19,785 nucleotides of DNA from Candidatus Thorarchaeota archaeon (GTDB lineage Archaea > Asgardarchaeota > Thorarchaeia > Thorarchaeales > Thorarchaeaceae), in contig JAGSHN010000015.1 of NCBI GenBank assembly GCA_029855935.1, positions 1-19,785 on the forward strand, written 5' to 3'. Every line of letters starts with the position of its first letter. Position 1 is the first letter of the stretch. Below the pieces are notes generated by a model, which was not told the DNA's origin, ran no database searches, and saw only the letters and a program-made list of their open reading frames with translations. Below, piece by piece: positions 1-6,127 of the stretch. Made by a program: the position numbers and the translations under genes.

Positions 1-216
1 ACCATATCTCTCGCGCAGGTATTGTCTCTCCAGTGCACTATGAACGGGACTGCTGAGACAAGTGGACACGACAAGGAGCACTGCGGCAGGAATACCGAAC
101 TGTACAATGCCAGTCCCCCAGGCTGCCCAGTAGGTCTCCACAGTATTCCAATACTCTCCCAGCGCATATACAGACCATCGCACGACGTCTTCTAGTACAC
201 GTTGTGACCATTGCAT
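1..216 (-). CDS. Small putative membrane protein, partial (runs off left edge); not in the ORF track
   Basis: Manual translation from ATG at 216-214, 11 nt after the upstream stop and behind a G-rich RBS-like stretch: MQWSQRVLEDVVRWSVYALGEYWNTVETYWAAWGTGIVQFGIPAAVLLVVSTCLSSPVHSALERQYLRERYG..., open to position 1, with one hydrophobic segment. Confidence 0.6.
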   Translation of the reverse strand, partial: MQWSQRVLEDVVRWSVYALGEYWNTVETYWAAWGTGIVQFGIPAAVLLVVSTCLSSPVHSALERQYLRERYG

Positions 217-227
217 AGTCCGTCCCC

Positions 228-1085
228 CTAGTAGTCCCCGTATGTCTTGATCCAGAAGATACTAAGCCCAATCAGTAGCGCCAGAGATATCAGCGATGCC
301 CATGCGAATCTTATTCTGGACCCACTCCACGGAATCCTGCCGCCCAGTTTCCCGACCACCGAGGCCACTTGCTTGGCCAGTTTCCTGCCACCCGATATGT
401 ATCTATCGAAAAACAGTCCTCCAACAATGTTTCCAAGAGAAATGGTGAGTACAGAGAGCCAGACGTATCCAGCCATAATTGGATTTGATAGGTTCACAGC
501 ATAGAACTGGGCAATGCCGTGGGCAATTCCAGCTGTGACCAGCCAAAGAATGGATCCTGCGGCCAGTGCTGGTAGCGCTTTTGTATAGTCATAGATCATC
601 ATAGAGGCGACCATCTCTTCCAGGAACAACGTCATCACCGCGAATAGCACTTTGTCAACCTCCTTGCCCAATAGACCAGTGTAGTACTCAAAACGTTCGT
701 AGGGAATACCAAACTCATCAAGAAACCATTCAATGATGCCAATCTGGAGCACCTCAATTGTGAACAAGAGGTCTATCGCTACGTGAAGTAGTGTCAAAGT
801 TGGTGTGGCCAGAACATAGAGATGGTAAACTGGCCAAGGTAGAGTCCAGTATCCTTTCAAATACTCTGCAGCAACTCTCTGAGAGCTGCTCTCTTGTGTG
901 GCCCGGTTGCTGTTCGTTGCTGCTCCATCGACAGTTCCGTCAAGCGCCACTGGCTCCGGCGGTCTGTGCTGATCCAGGTCTGCGACGACGTTGATGTCGT
1001 GGACTCTCATCTCTACGAGGGGATACGAGTAGGCCCTGTAGCCGAGGATGGCGACGTACTTGATGACTCTTGAGGCATTCACCAC
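228..1085 (-). CDS. Hypothetical membrane protein, probably the C-terminal fragment of a larger protein (frame open without a start up to 1226)
   Basis: 285-aa ORF with several hydrophobic helices in the C-terminal ~190 aa. The frame continues upstream of the GTG as protein-like sequence (EGIQYLPENNSSFRKTGRLWWDEYDGSPQGAIFASIDGSASSYPLAN) until TAG at 1229-1227. No signal peptide. Confidence 0.65.
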   Translation of the reverse strand: MVNASRVIKYVAILGYRAYSYPLVEMRVHDINVVADLDQHRPPEPVALDGTVDGAATNSNRATQESSSQRVAAEYLKGYWTLPWPVYHLYVLATPTLTLLHVAIDLLFTIEVLQIGIIEWFLDEFGIPYERFEYYTGLLGKEVDKVLFAVMTLFLEEMVASMMIYDYTKALPALAAGSILWLVTAGIAHGIAQFYAVNLSNPIMAGYVWLSVLTISLGNIVGGLFFDRYISGGRKLAKQVASVVGKLGGRIPWSGSRIRFAWASLISLALLIGLSIFWIKTYGDY

Positions 1086-1119
1086 GTTCGCCAGCGGATA
1101 GGACGACGCAGAGCCATCG

Positions 1120-1704
1120 ATGCTGGCAAAGATGGCGCCCTGCGGACTGCCATCGTACTCGTCCCACCAGAGCCGCCCCGTCTTCCTGAAGGAGGAGTTG
1201 TTCTCGGGCAGGTACTGGATTCCCTCCTACTCAAGGGTGTACGACCACAATCCGGGGACACCATTGCCACCTAGCATCAGTCACCCCTATGACATCGTCT
1301 ACTCAGAGGGAGAAGACGGGAACACAATCACCTGGGAGATCTACTCCCCCTGTCCCGAGGAGTATGAGGTGTTCCTCGACGGGGAGCTATTGCTCGCAGG
1401 TCGCTGGGGGGAAGCGACACTTGAGATCTCGGTCGACGGCCTCAAGGCAGGCACGCACAATGTCACAATCGTTGCCACGGTGTTCTGTGGAGCGTCCCTG
1501 CGAGACACTGTGTTCGTGACCGTCCAACCGGGCCCGACCTCCAGCACAAGTACAACCAAGACCACAACGACAGCCGGTACCTCGACAACGTCCACCACAG
1601 TGCCGGGAACGCTCTTGGGTCTCGATATGAGACTCCTCCTTGTCCTTGGTGGCATCATCGGTCTGTTGGCTGTCATTGCCATAGTGCGTTCGCGAAGAAA
1701 GTAG
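1120..1704 (+). CDS. C-terminal part of a membrane-anchored surface protein (Ig-like domain, Ser/Thr-rich linker, TM anchor), probably 5'-truncated near 1210
   Basis: Beta-rich PPSISHPYDIVYSEGEDGNTITW...VDGLKAGTHNVTIVAT...DTVFVTV domain, then TSSTSTTKTTTTAGTSTTSTT linker, TM LLLVLGGIIGLLAVIAIV and RSRRK stop-transfer. No N-terminal signal peptide; the first ~30 aa overlap the open minus-strand frame. Confidence 0.7.
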   Translation: MLAKMAPCGLPSYSSHQSRPVFLKEELFSGRYWIPSYSRVYDHNPGTPLPPSISHPYDIVYSEGEDGNTITWEIYSPCPEEYEVFLDGELLLAGRWGEATLEISVDGLKAGTHNVTIVATVFCGASLRDTVFVTVQPGPTSSTSTTKTTTTAGTSTTSTTVPGTLLGLDMRLLLVLGGIIGLLAVIAIVRSRRK

Positions 1705-1729
1705 GGTGGGGGACCATTTCCTCCACCTT
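1705..1729 (+). terminator. Stem-loop immediately after the stop codon (possible terminator or 3' stabiliser)
   Basis: GGTGGGGGA-ccatt-TCCTCCACC: 9-bp stem with one G-U pair. No long T tract follows. Confidence 0.35.
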
Positions 1730-1882
1730 CGCACTGCATCTCGTCGCTCGCCTCAATCCGCCCGGTGGGCAGTCCGCCCCTCACAAGACACTCCAGTGCC
1801 CGCCTTGTCAGCGTGAAACTCCGCTCAAGGACCGCTCCGTGGGCATGGTGCTCAGGCGGCCAGGTGAGGCCTTCCTGCTAGA

Positions 1883-1898
1883 ACAGTAAGTTTATATT
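1883..1898 (+). promoter_or_regulatory. Archaeal promoter (purine-rich BRE-like element + TATA) of the feo operon
   Basis: acagtaagTTTATATT, with TATA at 1891-1898, about 70 nt upstream of the feoA ATG in GC-rich context. Confidence 0.7.
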
Positions 1899-1919
1899 CC
1901 CCGGCCATGGCGCACTGAC

Positions 1920-1952
1920 TTAGACGAGTCTAACTTCTTTAGACTAGGCTAG
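1920..1952. promoter_or_regulatory. Tandem DtxR-family operator boxes
   Basis: TTAGACGAGTCTAA (1920-1933, perfect 6-2-6 palindrome) and TTAGACTAGGCTAG (1939-1952, 2 mismatches). They resemble TTAG-N6-CTAA DtxR/IdeR-type boxes, lie at the expected start site, and the operon encodes a DtxR-family protein. Confidence 0.75.
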
Positions 1953-1969
1953 GACAAGGGGCCGGACAT

Positions 1970-2365
1970 ATGGACGACACAGTGGCTGAACGGACCCTAC
2001 ACAGACCGACGACAGAGCCGCAGAAACTCACAGAAGTACCGAAGGGGAGCGAATGCCGTCTTCTCGGAATATCCCCGCACGCATCAGGTGTCATCCACGG
2101 TCGGGGCCATCACCGTAGGGGTCGGCACGGGCGCAGAGGGCTCGGTCCGGGGGCGAGACGCCATACGGTGCTGGGCATAACGCACAGAGACAGAGAAATC
2201 TTCCGAAGACTGATGGATCTGGGCCTCACGAGGGGATGCACATTCACGGTCGTCGAACCTGGAAAGAGCGGCCCTGCACTGATAGAGGTACGAGGGACGA
2301 GGATAGCACTGGGCCACGGCCTCGCCCACAGACTGCTCGTCGAGGTGGTGGGTGAGTCACGGTGA
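1970..2365 (+). CDS. feoA: Ferrous iron transport protein A (SH3-like) with His/Arg/Gly-rich insertion
   Basis: FeoA pattern LTEVPKG...RRLMDLGL.RG....V....GPALIEVRGTRIALG; stop overlaps the feoB start (GTGA). Confidence 0.92.
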   Translation: MDDTVAERTLHRPTTEPQKLTEVPKGSECRLLGISPHASGVIHGRGHHRRGRHGRRGLGPGARRHTVLGITHRDREIFRRLMDLGLTRGCTFTVVEPGKSGPALIEVRGTRIALGHGLAHRLLVEVVGESR

Positions 2366-3177
2366 AGATATGTGTTGCACTGATTGGCAATCCGAACGTT
2401 GGCAAGTCTGTCATATTCAACAATCTCACTGGTGCCAGACAACACACCGGCAACTGGCCAGGCAAGACTGTTGAAAAGAAAGAGGGGCGATATACCTTCA
2501 AGGGACACGAGTTTGAGATAGTGGACCTGCCGGGTGTGTACAGCCTTAGTGCAATGACCGAGGACGAACGCGTGGCTCGTGACTATCTTGTCTACACCAG
2601 GCCTGACGTCGTCGTGGACATCCTGAATGCCGCGCAACTGGAGAGGAACCTCTACCTCACGCTGCAACTGATCGAGCTCCAGCTGAACCTCGTAGTCGTT
2701 CTCAACATGTACGACGTCGTCGAGGCCAGGGGCGACAAGATAGACGTGCAGAGACTGTCCGAGCTCCTCGGTGCCCCAGTCGTGGTGACCACAGCCACAA
2801 AGAAGCTCGGGATGACGGAGCTGAAGGAGGCCATCCTGCAAGCAGTACCCCCACATGTCCTCGCTGGGGGGGCTGACACCGGTGTGCATCCGCCAGGAAC
2901 ACCGAACGGCGGCGACCATCTTCACTATCATCCGGCACACCATCATCACGGACAGTACGAGAGACTCAGACCGCCAGCAATCAAATACAGGACGGAGATA
3001 GAGGCGAAGCTGAAGGAGATTGTTGGCTATCTCGAGGAGGGAGAGAGGGACCTTCTCGAACGATTCCCGCCGAGGTGGATCGCGCTTCGTCTCTTGGAGA
3101 GGGACCCAGACCTGTTGGCGATGATTGAGAGTCCCGACGTCCTGAGAAAGGTTCTCAGTGTGAGGGTTGCGTCATGA
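2362..3177 (+). CDS. feoB: FeoB N-terminal GTPase + part of the helical (GDI-like) domain, encoded as a separate gene
   Basis: G1 GNPNVGKS, G2 GNWPGKTVE, G3 DLPG.YSL, LERNLYL, G4 NMYD; PPRWIALRLLE helical-domain motif; GGTGA RBS upstream. Confidence 0.93.
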   Translation: MKICVALIGNPNVGKSVIFNNLTGARQHTGNWPGKTVEKKEGRYTFKGHEFEIVDLPGVYSLSAMTEDERVARDYLVYTRPDVVVDILNAAQLERNLYLTLQLIELQLNLVVVLNMYDVVEARGDKIDVQRLSELLGAPVVVTTATKKLGMTELKEAILQAVPPHVLAGGADTGVHPPGTPNGGDHLHYHPAHHHHGQYERLRPPAIKYRTEIEAKLKEIVGYLEEGERDLLERFPPRWIALRLLERDPDLLAMIESPDVLRKVLSVRVAS

Positions 3178-4487
3178 ACGCCACAGAGGATGTCGAGCAG
3201 ATTCTCGACCTGGAGGACCTTGATCAGCAGGTCGTGCTCGCAGAGGAACGCTACCGAGTCATCGGAGAGATAATGTGTCAGGTCTATCAGCCGGGCAGGC
3301 AGAAGTGGACCTTCAGCGATATGCTCGATAAGGTCTTCCTCCACAAGTACTTGGGAGTCCCAATCTTTCTGGTGATAATGTGGGCGATGTTCACGTTCAC
3401 GTTTGAGGCATCAGCAGTATTCACCGTTCTCATCCAGATCTTCTTTGACTGGCTGGCAGTCTACACCTCCCAGATACCAGTCCCGTGGCTTGCTTCACTT
3501 GTCACAGATGGGATACTCGGAGGCGTCGGATTCATCCTGACCTTCGCGCCGCCCATCTTCTTTCTCTACCTCGCTATCTCGGTGCTGGAGGACACGGGAT
3601 ACCTGGCGAGAGCCGCCTTTGTCATGGACCGCTGGATGTCAAGGATTGGGCTTCAGGGACGATCATTCATTCCACTGCTCCTCGGCTTCGGCTGCAGTGT
3701 CGCGGCTGTGACTGCCTCGCGTACGGTGGAGGGCGAGTCTAATAGATTGACAACGATACTCGTTGCGCCACTGATGTCGTGTTCAGCAAGGCTGCCAGTG
3801 TACGTCCTCTTCGCAGGAGTGTTCTTTCCGCAGATAGCCGGGACCGTCATCTTCGGGCTCTATCTGCTCGGCATAGTGATGGCAATACTTGTGGCACTTA
3901 TACTGAAACGTTTCACATTGACCGGAGAGTCGACGCCACTGGTGATGGAACTTCCGATGTACCAGATGCCCACACTCCACGGCTCCTTCCGGCATATGTG
4001 GGAGCGAGGTCTGATGTTTCTGAGGCAGGCAGGAACGTATCTCTTGGCAGGGAGCTTCATCATCTGGGGAATCTCCTCCTTTGGACCAGCGGGCTACGGT
4101 GTGGATGTGGAGGACTCGTTTGTCAGCCTCATAGGCCGGGCAGCGGAGCCAATCTTCTCCCACCTAGGCTTCTCGTGGCAGATAGTCGTCGGGCTGGTCT
4201 TCGGCCTTCTGGCCAAGGAGGCAGTCATTCAGGCACTCGCAATCATCTACGCAGTGGAGGGGACGTCGGGACTACAGGCGGCCCTTCTGGCCTCGATGAC
4301 ACCTGCATCTGCCCTGGCATTGATGGTCTTCGTGCTTCTGTACGTACCGTGTGTCGGTACAATAGGCGCCATCCGCAGAGAGACTGGCTCGTGGAGGTGG
4401 ACGGCATTCTCCGTCACCTACCAGATGGTGCTGGCATACGTGGTCGCAACGGTAGTGTACATCATAGGAGGCGTGTTCCTTGGCTGA
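3174..4487 (+). CDS. feoB: FeoB C-terminal membrane permease (gate domains), encoded as a separate gene
   Basis: LAEERY, LDKVFLH, LEDTGYLARAAFVMD, GFGCSV, PLMSCSARLPVY, MELPMY, AKEA, YVPC motifs; many TM helices; ATGA overlap with the upstream half. Confidence 0.93.
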   Translation: MNATEDVEQILDLEDLDQQVVLAEERYRVIGEIMCQVYQPGRQKWTFSDMLDKVFLHKYLGVPIFLVIMWAMFTFTFEASAVFTVLIQIFFDWLAVYTSQIPVPWLASLVTDGILGGVGFILTFAPPIFFLYLAISVLEDTGYLARAAFVMDRWMSRIGLQGRSFIPLLLGFGCSVAAVTASRTVEGESNRLTTILVAPLMSCSARLPVYVLFAGVFFPQIAGTVIFGLYLLGIVMAILVALILKRFTLTGESTPLVMELPMYQMPTLHGSFRHMWERGLMFLRQAGTYLLAGSFIIWGISSFGPAGYGVDVEDSFVSLIGRAAEPIFSHLGFSWQIVVGLVFGLLAKEAVIQALAIIYAVEGTSGLQAALLASMTPASALALMVFVLLYVPCVGTIGAIRRETGSWRWTAFSVTYQMVLAYVVATVVYIIGGVFLG

Positions 4488-4956
4488 CGCCGCGCTATGG
4501 GAAGAGGTCGAGACGGCACTCCCGCTGACGGTAATCCTGTGTCTCACGTACCTTGTGGCCAGCGCTCCAGAGTTGTTGCAGACGGTCGGAGTACTTGATG
4601 AGGGTCCGCTGATGCCGGACGTGATGGATGCCATCATCATGCTCGTGATAGCGGCCGTCTTCGCGACAGGTGCCAAGCATCTCCGCCGGGACGATGGCGC
4701 TGGTGTGGCCTTTCTGATGGCCGGCGTCGTCTTGGCCACTATAGTATTCATTCTCCGGGGGATTGTCCTGCTCTCCAATCTGCTCGGAGCCGTACTTGGT
4801 CTGGAGGGCTGGCTTGACTGGACGGTCTCACAGGACCTGAGAGTCTCGATGCTTGCGTATGCCGTGGTGGCGATATCGGTCGGCGGTGTCCTATTGGCTG
4901 ACCGGCTGGGGCGGGGCAGGAGGCCGCAACACGAGGAGGGTGTTTCAGAACGATGA
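4480..4956 (+). CDS. Uncharacterised ~4-TM membrane protein in the feo operon
   Basis: TTG start behind GGAGG, overlapping the feoB stop; about four hydrophobic segments; its stop overlaps the next ATG. Confidence 0.8.
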   Translation: MADAALWEEVETALPLTVILCLTYLVASAPELLQTVGVLDEGPLMPDVMDAIIMLVIAAVFATGAKHLRRDDGAGVAFLMAGVVLATIVFILRGIVLLSNLLGAVLGLEGWLDWTVSQDLRVSMLAYAVVAISVGGVLLADRLGRGRRPQHEEGVSER

Positions 4957-5273
4957 TCACGCGAGTCCTTGAGCTGATGACGGAGAGCGGGATGCTGACG
5001 AAGAGGCAGCTTGCTGAGCAGACGGGGTTGCAGCCGGAGACGCTCGACGACATCCTCGGGCTGTTGTTATCACGTGGCTTGATACGTGAGTCCGGGTCGT
5101 GTCAGATGTCCGAGGCGTGTGCCTCGTGTCCAGTGAGCAGGTCATGCGACATCGAGAGCCCGACAACGAGGACTTTCATACTGACCAAGAGGGGGAAGGA
5201 GTTTCTGTCTATGAGGAAACGGCAGGCCCAGAGACAGAGAGCCAGCCGAGCAACAGGGGGTTCGACCGGATGA
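4953..5273 (+). CDS. feoC: FeoC-like winged-helix protein with Cys cluster
   Basis: HTH-like LTKRQLAEQTGLQPETLDDILGLLLSRGLI followed by C-x5-C-x2-C-x5-C (CQMSEACASCPVSRSC) and FILTKRGKEFL wing; operon context. Confidence 0.8.
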   Translation: MITRVLELMTESGMLTKRQLAEQTGLQPETLDDILGLLLSRGLIRESGSCQMSEACASCPVSRSCDIESPTTRTFILTKRGKEFLSMRKRQAQRQRASRATGGSTG

Positions 5274-5713
5274 GTCGAGCAAGACAATCAGAGGCCCATC
5301 AGCTGACGGATGCACTGGAGATGTACCTCAAGGCAATCTACGAGATCGAGGCCACAAGGGGAACTGCGACCGTCACCGAGATTGCTGACCGGCTGGCCGT
5401 CAAGGCACCAAGCGTGACGGTCGCCCTGCGAAGGCTGTCTGACCTCGGAATGGTCCGCTACGAGAGATACCGATCCGTAAGGCTCACGAAGAGAGGAAAG
5501 CGGCTCGCGCGTCAGCTCAACCGGGCGTACCGGGTGTTCAGCGAGCTCTTTGTCCTATTGGGAGTTCCTGAAGAGATTGCCGATGCAGATGCCTGCAGCA
5601 TAGAACACAATATCCACGACCTGACCCTACGCAAGGCCGAACTGTTCGTCGAGTTTCTCAGAACCGAGCATGGACGCGCACTGCTACGGGCCTTTGAAGA
5701 CAAGAACGACTGA
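5270..5713 (+). CDS. DtxR/IdeR/MntR-family metal-dependent repressor (147 aa, no C-terminal SH3 domain)
   Basis: LEMYLKAIY, EIADRLAVKAPSVT..LRRL, VRLTKRG, DACSIEH motifs. Start reassigned to ATG 5270 (ATGA overlap with the feoC-like stop) instead of 5099. Confidence 0.92.
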   Translation: MSRARQSEAHQLTDALEMYLKAIYEIEATRGTATVTEIADRLAVKAPSVTVALRRLSDLGMVRYERYRSVRLTKRGKRLARQLNRAYRVFSELFVLLGVPEEIADADACSIEHNIHDLTLRKAELFVEFLRTEHGRALLRAFEDKND

Positions 5714-5883
5714 ATTCGTTCCGATGAGCAACCACAGGAGAACGTAAGAGACCACCAAGCACTGCCAATGCCCGACCAGACGCTGTCACTCTGTCCGGAC
5801 TGTCACGACTGCCGCGGAGCTGGTGATTGAACTATCTCTGGTCTGCCTGAGGCCAGGTCGTGCTGATCCCAACTCTCGTGCAG

Positions 5884-5978
5884 ACATACATACTAGTGAG
5901 GATGTGTGTCTCGTCATGGTCTTGACAGCGAAGGTTGGAGGCGCAGAAGAGTTCACATACATACTAGTGAGGATGTGT
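5884..5978. repeat. Two identical 24-bp direct repeats ACATACATACTAGTGAGGATGTGT (5884-5907, 5955-5978) with a 47-bp spacer
   Basis: Exact match read directly from the sequence; each copy has dyad/hairpin character. Confidence 0.9.
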
Positions 5979-6111
5979 ATGCTGTCCAGCGGTTCACGGA
6001 CGGAGGCGCAAGGAGGCGGAGAAATGACTTCGATAGACTTATATTCGTTCGGGGGTAATGGCACACCGGGGGAGAAAAGGAGTAGTCTTCAGTGTAGATG
6101 GGGTTTTAGCA

Positions 6112-6127
6112 CCGAAAACTTTATATA
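6112..6127 (+). promoter_or_regulatory. Canonical BRE-TATA promoter of tfb
   Basis: CCGAAAAcTTTATATA; AT-rich stretch at 6142-6150 where melting would be expected; predicted start ~6151; RBS GGTGA at 6259-6263. Confidence 0.85.

Noticed and set aside
1227-1283. Pyrrolysine/stop read-through of the TAG at 1229-1227 to supply a start for the minus-strand ORF
   Set aside because: The frame closes again at TGA 1283-1281, and the added segment lies antisense to the plus-strand gene with no signal peptide.
3165-3185. Programmed frameshift or selenocysteine read-through joining the feoB halves
   Set aside because: The halves are in different frames, so read-through cannot fuse them. No slippery sequence is present, and ATGA coupling with an RBS explains the junction.
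5884-5978. CRISPR array interpretation of the 24-bp repeat with 47-bp spacer
   Set aside because: Only two units, no degenerate third copy 71 bp to either side, no cas genes in the window and no typical repeat end such as GAAAC/G. Kept as an unexplained repeat.
5882-5981. Iron-responsive-element-like hairpins (AGUG in the loop, downstream of an iron-uptake operon)
   Set aside because: An IRE needs a 6-nt CAGUGN loop, a 5-bp upper stem and a bulged C. These loops are 10 nt and there is no such bulge.
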